From positions 558,001 to 622,000 of the forward strand of contig NIVC01000280.1 of NCBI GenBank assembly GCA_002269645.1: 64,000 nucleotides of DNA, in the 5' to 3' direction. The stretch's first letter is position 1. Every line of letters starts with the position of its first letter. Origin of the DNA: Macrostomum lignano. Its lineage: Eukaryota. This document shows positions 39,720-50,746 of this stretch, in pieces. A program made the translations under genes and the position numbers. The notes beneath the pieces were generated by a model that was given only the letters and a program-made list of their open reading frames with translations, was not told the DNA's origin and made no database searches.

Positions 39720-40194
39720 CATGGACGCGTTCGACGCTTTCCTGACCGACCTGCAGGCCGGCCGGCTCACGCCCTACCTGAAGTCGGAGCCGGAGCCCGA
39801 GTCCCAGTCCGCCCCGGTGAAGATTGCCGTAGCCAAGAACTTCGACAAGCTGGTCAACGACCCCACCAAGGACGTGCTGATCGAGTTCTACGCGCCCTGG
39901 TGCGGCCACTGCAAATCCCTGGCCCCGAAATACGACGAGCTGGCCGAGAAACTGTCCGGCGAGACCGACCTGGTCATCGCCAAGATGGACGCCACCGCCA
40001 ACGACGTGCCGCCGCCTTACGATGTGCGCGGCTTCCCGACGATCTACTTCGCGCCGAAGGGCGGCAAGTCGCAGCCGAAGCAGTACCAGGGCGGCCGCGA
40101 GGTGAACGACTTCATCACCTACCTGGCCAAGGAGGCCACCGATGAGCTGCGCGGCTACGACCGGGCTGGCAACAGGAAAAAGCAGGACCTGTAA
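39720..40194 (+). CDS. PDIA3: PDIA3 exon 4 (a' domain; ends KKQDL*); total 490 aa
   Basis: [33 protein letters not shown]; KDEL-like end; exons total 1473 nt (divisible by 3). Confidence 0.95.
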
Positions 40195-41142
40195 GGCCTG
40201 TCTGATTGATTGACATCTCTATTAGCTGTGCTGTCATTCACTACTGGCAACCACTGGCTTCCATCGCCGCGCTACTCAAACCACTGCTCACTGTTATTTG
40301 AAAACAAAGACAAATTTATGCTAATCAATCCATTCTGTTGCCTACCAGTGCTTAGTAACATAATTCACGATATCCTTTTAGACTGTTAATACAGATCCAA
40401 GATAATCTGCCAAACTGGATGCCTATGTTTATCGCTTACATTAATCACCGCAACAGCAGCAACTTCCTGTTCACTCACTTATCCCCGGGTCTGCGAGCCA
40501 ATTTCAATCAAAAATATCAACCATTTTTCTGTCTTTGTTTTTCTAGCTCTTTGTTGTACCTTTTCTCTCTATATAACTGTCTGCCTGTCCGTGTTTGGTT
40601 GAAGCTGTAGCTGCATAGCTGGTTATATAATTAGCATAAATTATTCTTAACCCACTGTTAATCCCCGGTTTCTGGTAAGCATAGCAGCGCGCAGTTAATG
40701 ACTATAGAAATTTTTCTACTATCTAATTGCTATTTTACATCTCTGCAATGGTGGTCGATTCTGTTTATTTGCCAGCGTGTTGTGTGCCTAAAGCGAGTTA
40801 TTGTTTATTATTTATCATATTTATTGTTACTAAAGTTACAAGCTAGTACAAAATCACAATTGCGTCAAATTTATAAATAAAATCGAACCGAATCGGCGAA
40901 CCGATGCCTCACCTTAAATTTCTATCAGCGCAAACAACAAGTACAACAATTGATCCGCCCTGGATTCTGATTGATGCGCTGCATTTAAAACCTGGACGGT
41001 CGTTTTTCCGTTTCTTAAATATAGTTTTGAAGGCCTAGATACTATTTTATTGAGGGCGACCCAAGCTGAATCGATGCAGTCATCTTAAAATCGATTTCGT
41101 TTGACTATAACTGTTTATAAGATTAAAAAAATCAAAACAGTC

Positions 41143-41830
41143 AATGCGATTCTCCGGATTGGGGCGATTCTCCGGTGTGGATTGGGGCGATTCTCCGGAT
41201 TGGGGCGATTCTCCGGTGTGGATTGGGGCGATTCTTCAGTGTGGATTGAAGCGATTATTGAGGGTAGATTTGGGCGATTCTCCAGTGTGGATTGAAGCGA
41301 TTATTGAGGGTAGATTTGGGCGATTCTCCAGTGTGGATTGGGGCGATTCTCCGGTGTGGATTTGGGCGATTCTCCGGTGTGGATTTGGGCGATTCTCCGG
41401 TGTGCAAAAGTGGATTGCACATTTATCGGCAATGGAGTGGATCGCCCCAAAAGTGGATTGGGGCGATTTATCAGTGTGGATTGGGGCGATTTTTAAGGGT
41501 GGATTGGGTCGATTCTTCAGTGTAGATTGGGTAGTAGGGTGTGGATTAGGGCGATTTATCTGTGTGGATTAAGGCGATTTATCAGTGTGGATTAGGGCGA
41601 TTCTCCGGTGTGGATTGGGGCGATTTATCAGTGTGGATTGGGGCGATTTATCTGTGTGGATTGGGGCGATTCTTCGGGTGGATTGGGGCGATTTATCAGT
41701 GTGGATTAGGGCGATTCTCCGGTGTGGATTGGGGCGATTCTCCGGTGTGGTTTGGGGCGATTCTCCGGTGTATATTGGGGATTCTCCGGTGTGGATTGAA
41801 GCGATCCTCCGGGGCGGATAGGGCGACTTT
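41143..41830. repeat. 23-bp minisatellite (gggcgattctccggtgtggattg) between the convergent PDIA3 and CHMP1B 3' ends
   Basis: Direct reading. Confidence 0.9.
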
Positions 41831-42370
41831 TTCAAAAGATGCCTTTTAGTTTCACAATGTTGCGATTAAATAAATGGTAGTCAAAAGTATCAAAAAACGC
41901 AATTCTATAATAACCGCGTGCGAGCATACCGCAGCAATGACGCGTTAAAAAATTAAGCAACTTAACTCATCTTCTATTGATAGCGTTTATTAGTTTTTTG
42001 AAAATAGACAAAACAGATAACGGAAAGCAGATTGCAGTATATTCAGAAGGTAAATATTTGTTTTACTTAAATCTGAGTAATAACTTAAAACTGGTTCTTT
42101 TAGCTGGGCAGAGCCAGCGCTATCCAGAATATATAAATATGCATGCATATAATAAATGAGCAATATACAATCAATACAAACTTATGTTATACAGGTCATA
42201 TTCATATTCATACACAGTCTTTTAGTAACTAAAATAAAACGAAATTTTAATTAGGAGAACTGCGTCAACCGTAAAATCTGTTTTACGAATTCAATGACAA
42301 ATTAATGAAACCGATTGGGTTGGTGCGAAAGTACACAGAGTTCTTCGCGTGGCCGAACCCCATTGGCCAA

Positions 42371-42412
42371 TCAGTTCTGACGCAGTGCGGCCAAGCGCTG
42401 CGACAGCTCGTC
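42371..42412 (-). CDS. CHMP1B: CHMP1B last exon DELSQRLAALRQN* (MIM1 motif)
   Basis: Acceptor attccag|GAC; matches the CHMP1 C-terminal DELSQRLARLR. Confidence 0.92.
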   Translation of the reverse strand, partial: DELSQRLAALRQN

Positions 42413-42473
42413 CTGGAATTAGGGAATTCAGTGTTGCATCAGATCACTGCCGATAGGGGCCTTTCCTTAGGGT

Positions 42474-43299
<826 letters not shown>

Positions 43300-43319
43300 G
43301 ACAAGCCAGGATGACCAAC

Positions 43320-43613
43320 CTGTTCGCCGCTGGCGGTGGCGGTGCCAACGGTGGATTTGCCGCCATCGGGCAGCTGCATCTTGATCTCGATGCCGGCCTC
43401 GTCGGCGGCCTCCTGCATCAGCATGTTCACCTCGCCCTCGGGCGCAGTCAGGGTGGATGTGTTGCACATGGTGCCCTCCATCACCTGCGATTGGACGTCG
43501 AGATTTTCGAATTCGCGTTCGAATCTGTCCATCAGCTGGGAGATCTGCTCCAGGTTCATGCTCTTCATGGCCGCCTCCATGCCCTTCACCACGCCGGCCA
43601 TGCTCTTGGTGAC
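43320..43613 (-). CDS. CHMP1B: CHMP1B exon 2
   Basis: VTKSMAGVVKGMEAAMKSMNLEQISQLMDRFEREFENLDVQ; acceptor ccaacag|; donor CAG|gttggt. Confidence 0.93.
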
Positions 43614-43706
43614 CTGTTGGGCCGGTTGTGGATGTCCAGTTTAGATTCTTCTTTCAGTAGTGTTATTGCGTACTTCAGGGTAGTAGAGTAGATGGATACA
43701 CTCTGC

Positions 43707-44490
43707 TCTACCCAACCTACCAATGTCTGTCTACCTAGCCTACCAATGTCTGTCTACCCAGTCTACCAATGTCTGTCTACCCAGCCTACCAATGTCTGTC
43801 TACCCAGCCTACCAATGTCTGTCTACCCAGCCTACCAATGTCTGTCTACCCAGCCTACCAATGTCTGTCTACCCAACCTAAAAATGCCTGTCTACCCAAC
43901 CTACCAATACCTGTCTACCTAATCTACCAATGTCTGTCAAACCAACCTACTTTTGCCTGTCTACCCAACCTACCAATGTCTGTCTAACCAACCTACTTTT
44001 GCCTGTCTACCCAACCTACCAATACCTGTCTACCTAATCTACCGATGTCTGTCTACCCAACCTACCAATACCTGTCTACCTAATCTACCGATGTCTGTCT
44101 ACCCAACCTACCAATACCTGTCTACCTAATCTACCGATGCCTGTCTACCCAACCTACCAATATCTGTCTACCCAACCTACCAATGTCTGTCTACACAACC
44201 TACTTATGCCGTCTACCCAACCTACCAATACCTGTCTACCTAATCTACCAATGTCTGTCTGACCAACCTACTTTTGCCTGTCTACCCAACCTACCAATGT
44301 CTGTCTACCCAACCTACTTATGCCGTCTACCCAAACTACCAATATCTGTCTACCCAACCTACCAATGCTTGTCTACCCAACCTAAAAATGCCTGTCTACC
44401 CAATTTACCGATAGCTGTCTACCTAATCTACCAATGTCTGTCTACCTAATCTACCAATGTCTGTCTACCTAATCTATCAATGTCTGTCTA
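43707..44490. repeat. ~23-bp minisatellite (ctacccagcctaccaatgtctgt) in CHMP1B intron 1
   Basis: Direct reading. Confidence 0.9.
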
Positions 44491-44612
44491 CAAAATATAC
44501 TAATACCTGTATACTCATCTACTCAATCTACAAATGCCTGTCAACAGTTGTACAACCCGACCTCCACCTACTTAACCTACTCAAGCCAGCCCTCTCATCC
44601 ACCAAGGCCCAC

Positions 44613-44885
44613 CTGTTTGGTGGTGACGGCAGTCTGCACCCGAGCGGCCACGGCGTCAATTCTCGAGGCCATGCGGCGATAATTGAGCGCCTGATTTTTC
44701 TGCCGTATGGAATTCTCGGCGTGAATCTTCGCGCCTTCCATGTTGCCCTTCTGAATTGCCGTTTTCAGCTTGTTCTTCTCAACCTTTTCGTCTTTCTCGC
44801 ATTTCTTAGCGTTTCGCTCCAAGTCTTTGGCGGCGAATTTCAAGTTAAACAGGTGCTTCTCCATGTTGTTACCGCTGCTGAACAT
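44613..44885 (-). CDS. CHMP1B: CHMP1B (ESCRT-III, Did2/Vps46 family) coding exon 1; total 202 aa
   Basis: MEKHLFNLKFAAKDLERNAKKCEK...RIDAVAARVQTAVT; donor CAG|gtgggc; exons total 609 nt. Confidence 0.93.
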
Positions 44886-45002
44886 CTTGGAGGCTGGAAC
44901 ATGCAGTTACAGGCGGCATTGCGATACATGCTGTTAGATATCCACCCAACTATCAGTTCCTATCTGTATGAACCATATCTTTATGGTCTGTCTAACAGTG
45001 GC

Positions 45003-45330
45003 CTCTATGACCCTATGCCTTGCCTCTATGACCCTATGCCCTGCCTCTATGACCCTATGCCCTGCCTCTATGACCCTATGCCTTGCCTTAATGACCCTAT
45101 GCCCTGCCTCTATGACCATATGCATTGCCTCAATGACCATATACATTTCCTCTATGATCCTAAGCCTTGCCTTTATGATCCTATGCATTGTTTTTGACCC
45201 TATACATTGCCGCTATGACCCTATGCCCTGCCTCTATGACCCTATGCATTGCCTCTATAACCATATGCATTGCCTCTATGACCCTATGCATTGCCTCAAT
45301 GACCCTCTATGATCTTATGTCTTTGTCTCC
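45003..45330. repeat. 21-bp minisatellite (cctctatgaccctatgccctg) between PGS1 3' end and CHMP1B start
   Basis: Direct reading. Confidence 0.9.
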
Positions 45331-45406
45331 ATGACCCAATGTCATCATCGTGTCTCAATTCCAGTTTAAGATATGCGAATGCACAAATAAGTAAAAATAA
45401 CCAGAT

Positions 45407-45412
45407 TTTATT
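45407..45412 (-). terminator. Candidate PGS1 polyadenylation signal AATAAA
   Basis: First AATAAA I found on the minus strand after the PGS1 stop, followed by a T-rich tract. Confidence 0.4.
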
Positions 45413-45679
45413 TGAAAGACGCTTTCAACTGGATCTACTAAATTCTTTTTTACTTGTGAAATTAAAATAAGAAACCTAGAATTTCAAAAATGGTAATATA
45501 GCAAGTATTTTTTGTACATCGGTAAATCAGAGAAGTTGTAAACAAGTTTAAAAGATGGGCAACTAAAAAACGCTTATTAAATTATACCCATTTGCAGTGA
45601 CAGCACCGAACACGGGTTGACTGACGCTGTTGTCTACTTGTCTTGTCTTAGAGTATACGCTCGTGTCTCAGTGGCTATA

Positions 45680-46470
45680 TGACTGTGTGCCTGTCCGTCT
45701 GCCTGCCCGTCTGTCTGCCTGTCTTAGTGTCTGCTTGCCTGTCTGACTGCGTGTGTCTCCTGTCTGTCTGTCTATCTGTCTTAGTGTCTACTTGCCTGTC
45801 TGACTGCGTGTGTCTGCTGTCTGTCTGTCTGTCTGTCTGACTGCGTGTGTCTGCTGTCTGTCTGTGTCTGCCTGCGTGTGTCTGCTGTCTGTCTGTGTCT
45901 GTCTCCTGTCTGTCGGTTTCTGTCTGCCTGTCTGTCTGCGTGTGTCTGCTGTGTGTCTGCTGTCTGTCTGTGTCTGCTGTCTGTCTGTCTGTCTGCCTGC
46001 CAGCGTGTGTCTGCTGTCTGTCTGTCTGTCTGTCTGCCAGCGTGTGTCTGCTGTCTGTCTGTCTGTCTGTCTGCCAGCGTGTGTCTGCTGTCTGTCTGTC
46101 TGCCAGCGTGTGTCTGTCTGTCTGTCTGTCTGTCTGTCTGCCAGCGTGTGTCTGTCTGTCTGTCTGTCTGTCTGCCAGCGTGTGTCTGCTGTCTGTCTGT
46201 CTGTCTGCCAGCGTGTGTCTGCTGTCTGTCTGTCTGTCTGCAAGCGTGTGTCTGTCTGTCTGCTGTCTGTCTGTCTGCTTGTCTGTCTGCGTGTGTCTGC
46301 TGTCTGTCTGTCTGTCTGCCTGTTTGCCAGCGTGTGTCTGTCTGTCTGTCTGTGTCTGTCTCCTGTCTGTCTGTCTTAGTGTGCCTGTCTGTCTGCGTGT
46401 GTCTGCTGTCTGTCTGTCTGTCTGTCTGTCTGCTGTCTGTCTGTCTGTCTGTCTGTCTGTCAGTCTGTCA
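45680..46470. repeat. Compound (CTGT)/(GTGT)-based satellite in the presumptive PGS1 3' UTR
   Basis: Direct reading. Confidence 0.9.
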
Positions 46471-46477
46471 GCCCACA

Positions 46478-46921
46478 CTAGCAGTAAGTCTTAAACGCGG
46501 GCATGGCCAGTCGCAGCCAGGCCGGTGCTCTCCTATCCGCCGCATTCAACGTTGCCATGGAGACGGGCTGGCCGTGCTGGAACAAGCCGTCCCGCTCCTC
46601 GGCCAGGCGGGCAGCCAGCCGGTCACAGTCGGTGGCCAGGCCGAACTGGACTTCCAAATCGCGCAGCCGCGTCCGGTAGCCGAAGTTGGACGAGCCGACG
46701 AGGGTCAGGCCGACCCGCTGGCCGGCGCGGTCGCCGAGCCACAGGCCCTTGGCGTGGAAGGTCCAGCCGGGCCGCGCGTACTCGGCCAGCAGACTGGGCT
46801 GCGCCGCTTCTGCTGCCGGTCTGCGCAGCTTCGCAGCGGCGGCAAGAAACTGCCGCTCCAGCTGACTGTAGGCGGCCGGGATGAAGTAGGAGGGCCCGGT
46901 CGACTTGTAGAAGCTGTTGGC
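46478..46921 (-). CDS. PGS1: PGS1 last exon; not called as such in ORF track
   Basis: [18 protein letters not shown]...[15 protein letters not shown]...[17 protein letters not shown]...AMPAFKTYC*; acceptor ccccacag|. Confidence 0.92.
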   Translation of the reverse strand, partial: ANSFYKSTGPSYFIPAAYSQLERQFLAAAAKLRRPAAEAAQPSLLAEYARPGWTFHAKGLWLGDRAGQRVGLTLVGSSNFGYRTRLRDLEVQFGLATDCDRLAARLAEERDGLFQHGQPVSMATLNAADRRAPAWLRLAMPAFKTYC

Positions 46922-47124
46922 CTGTGGGGGGAGGCGGAAAGAGTGTATATTAGCTTAGACAGGTTCAGAAGGTTGGTTAAGACACGACAGACAGACTCGA
47001 TCAGATACAGGGGACAGACACTTAAACACAATGGATACTGAAGACAGATTCGAAAGTCGAAAGACAGTCCGACAGGCTTAGGAACAGAAGAGACGCACTT
47101 GGACAGACAGACAGGCATTAAGAC

Positions 47125-48000
47125 AGAACTCAACAGACACAGAAGACACAGACAGACACAACAGGACAGGTACTGAGACATAGCACACAAAAGACAGACA
47201 CTCGGACAGGTACTGAGACATAGCCACCAAAAGACAGACACTCAGACAGACATTGAAACAGAGAACACAGGAGACAGACACTCAGACAGGTACTGAGACA
47301 TAGCACACAGGAGACAGACACTCAGACAGGTATTGAGACATAGCACACAGGAGACAGACACTCAGACAGGTATTGAGACAGAGCACACAGAAGACAGACA
47401 CTCAGACAGGTATTGAGACAGAGCACACAGGAGACAGACACTCAGACAGGTATTGAGACAGAGCACACAGAAGACAGACACTCAGACAGGTATTGAGACA
47501 GAGCACACAGAAGACAGGCACTTAGACAGGTATTGAGACAGAGCACACAGAAGACAGACACTCAGACAGGTACTGAGACACAGCACACAAGACAGACACT
47601 CGGACAGGTACAGAGACACAGCACACAAAAGACAGGCACTCGGACAGGTACAGAGACACAGCACACAAAAGACAGGCACTCGGACAGGTACAGAGAAACA
47701 GCACACAAAAGACAGGCACTCAGACAGGTACAGAGACACAGCACACAAAAAAGACAGGCACTCAGACAGGTACAGAGAAACAGCACACAAAAAAGACAGG
47801 CACTCAGGCAGGTACAGAGAAACAGCACACAAAAAAGACAGGCACTCAGGCAGGTACAGAGACACAGCACACAAAAGACAGGCACTCAGACAGGTACTGA
47901 GACACAGCACACAAAAGACGGACACTCAGACAGGTACAGAGACACAGTCACACAAAAGACGGACACTCGGACAGGTACTGAGACAGAGCACAGAAGACGG
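47125..48000. repeat. ~40-bp minisatellite (gacagacactcagacaggtattgagacagagcacacagaa) in PGS1 intron
   Basis: Direct reading. Confidence 0.9.
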
Positions 48001-48061
48001 ACACTCAGTCAGACTCAACAGCGGCAGACAGACACACAAACCGCAATGACCCGGCACTCAC

Positions 48062-48518
48062 AGCAGGCGATGCGCACAGAACCCTGAGCTGCTGTGGCGC
48101 AGTCAGCAGGGCCTCAGTGAAGTCGTCAGTCAGATTGAAATAGCCAGACGCCAGGTGCAGCTGATGCTGGCCAGCCTGCCGCAGCTGAGGCAGCTGGTGC
48201 AGCAGCCGCTGGGTGGCGTAGGCGTCATCGCACACTCCCATGGGCCCCATCTGCACCATGGCATAGACGGTGGAGTCCGACTCTCCACTGCAGTCTTGGC
48301 TAGTGGCAAATTCGGCGATAAGCCGGTTAACCCGATCCCCCAGCCACTGGCCAGGCGGCCGGGCTGGCTGGGACAGGCAGCCGTCCGAGCCCAGCTGTTC
48401 CGACGCGTCGGACACGCAGTCGACCAGCTTTTCCAGGAAGTCGCATAGGCGAGGCGCGTCGCGGATCAACAGGTAGCGATCCTGCCTGTCCGTGAAGTAG
48501 TCCCTGCTCAGGTTGGCT
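48062..48518 (-). CDS. PGS1: PGS1 exon
   Basis: GANLSRDYFTDRQDRY, HLASGYFNLT, LCASPA; acceptor caccacag|A; donor GCT|gtgagt. Confidence 0.92.
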
Positions 48519-48694
48519 CTGTGGTGAGGGCGTGCGCTGGGGATTTAGATATCTTTCCAGCTGGTGGAGTTGGTTGCTAACCCAAACAAAAAACAAAGCC
48601 TGCTTCCGGTGCGAGCTCTGAGATTCACTCAAACATCACATTGGAGGATATGCAAAATCCAGCCTGTCGCAGTCTGCAGGAGAAGGGGATGCAA

Positions 48695-48833
48695 CTAACT
48701 AACTAACTGACTAACTAACTAACTAACTGACTAACTAACTGACTAACTAACTGACTAACTAACTAACTAACTAACTAACTGACTAACTAACTAACTGACT
48801 AACTAACTAACTAACTAACTGACTAACTAACTG

Positions 48834-48864
<31 letters not shown>

Positions 48865-48865
48865 G

Positions 48866-48896
<31 letters not shown>

Positions 48897-49145
48897 GACT
48901 AACTAACTAACTAACTGACTAACTAACTAACTGACTAACTAACTGACTAACTAACTGACTAACTAACTAACTAACTGACTAACTAACTAACTAACTGACT
49001 AACTAACTAACTAACTGACTAACTAACTAACTAACTGACTAACTAACTGACTAACTAACTGACTAACTAACTAACTAACTAACTGACTAACTAACTAACT
49101 GACTAACTAACTAACTAACTGACTAACTAACTGACTAACTAACTG

Positions 49146-49176
<31 letters not shown>

Positions 49177-49269
49177 GACTAACTAACTAACTAACTAACT
49201 AACTGACTAACTAACTAACTAACTGACTAACTAACTAACTGACTAACTAACTAACTAACTAACTAACTG

Positions 49270-49300
<31 letters not shown>

Positions 49301-49472
49301 GAACAACTAACTAACTAACTAACTGACTAACTAACTAACTAACTAACTAACTAACAAACTAACTAACTAACTAACTAACTAACTGACTAACTAACTGACT
49401 AACTAACTGAACAACTAACTAACTAACTAACTGAAAAACTAACTAACTAACTAACTGACTAACTAACTGAAC

Positions 49473-49508
<36 letters not shown>

Positions 49509-49533
49509 GACTAACTAACTAACTAACTAACTG

Positions 49534-49568
<35 letters not shown>

Positions 49569-49569
49569 G

Positions 49570-49600
<31 letters not shown>

Positions 49601-49601
49601 G

Positions 49602-49632
<31 letters not shown>

Positions 49633-49821
49633 GACTAACTAACTAACTGACTAACTAACTAACTAACTAACTGACTAACTAACTGACTAACTAACTGAAC
49701 AACTAACTAACTAACTAACTGAAAAACTAACTAACTAACTAACTGACTAACTAACTGAACAACTAACTAACTAATTAACTAACTAACTAACTAACTGACT
49801 AACTAACTAACTAACTAACTG

Positions 49822-49852
<31 letters not shown>

Positions 49853-49869
49853 GACTAACTAACTAACTG

Positions 49870-49904
<35 letters not shown>

Positions 49905-49973
49905 GACTAACTAACTAACTAACTAACTGACTAACTAACTAACTGACTAACTAACTAACTAACTAACTAACTG

Positions 49974-50024
<51 letters not shown>

Positions 50025-50040
50025 GACTAACTAACTGAAC

Positions 50041-50086
<46 letters not shown>

Positions 50087-50128
50087 GTGACGAACTGACT
50101 AACTAACTAACTAACTGACTAACTAACC
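48695..50128. repeat. ~1.4-kb (TAAC)n/TGAC microsatellite in PGS1 intron
   Basis: Direct reading. Confidence 0.96.
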
Positions 50129-50171
50129 AATAGTTAACCAACCAAAAAAGCCAACTAATTAGCAAACTGAC

Positions 50172-50569
50172 CCAGACAGAATCACCGAGTCATCAAACAA
50201 GTAGATCTTCATGTGCTGCAGGCCCACAACTTCATTGATTCGCTCCGGCAGCAGTGCGGCCAGCAGACTGGGGCAGCGGTAGAAGCTGACGCGAACATCT
50301 GCGCGGTTGCTCCAGACGTTACCATGGCAACGACGCTCAGCCGCAGCGCACAGCGGACGGAGCATCGCCGTGGAGCTGTTCAACGGGCTGCCGCGGGTGC
50401 CGCGCGCCGCGTCCAGCAGAACTCGGACGCGAAGTGGCCGCTGACGGGTCGGTGACCCAGCGGCGTCCAGCGCCGACACCATCGACTGGACGAGGCGACG
50501 CTCGTGAGCGCCGCAGCCGAGGTAGAGGGACGCCAAGACGATTCGGCGCCTGGCGCCAGCGATGCCGCG
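50172..50569 (-). CDS. PGS1: PGS1 (phosphatidylglycerophosphate synthase, PLD superfamily) exon with first HKD-type motif
   Basis: RRRIVLASLYLG, VRVLLDAARGTRG, ERINEVVGLQHMKIYLFDDSVILSG; acceptor cactcag|; donor GG|gtcagt. Confidence 0.93.
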
Positions 50570-50647
50570 CTGAGTGACGAGGGGAACAGAGAGGCTTGGT
50601 GTGACTCCAAAGCATTCCTGATAGTCAAAAAATCAAGCAAAACTTAC

Positions 50648-50746
50648 AATCAAAGCATTGTAGAACTGCAAAGGCTCGTGTAAAATGCTGATATTTGCTG
50701 CTTTCACGCGAAATGCAGGCAGCAGATTGAAAACACTGGCTAGCGA
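50648..50746 (-). CDS. PGS1: PGS1 most 5' identifiable coding exon (SLASVFNLLPAFRVKAANISILHEPLQFYNALI); no in-frame ATG
   Basis: Aligns to the PGS1 N-terminal F.V....V..L..P.EF motif; acceptor tgtttccag|, donor ATT|gtaagt, 78-bp intron; exons total 1398 nt. Confidence 0.8.

Noticed and set aside
40180-40194. KQDL C-terminus as a novel ER-retention signal
   Set aside because: KDEL variants are normal for ERp57 (the human protein ends QEDL)
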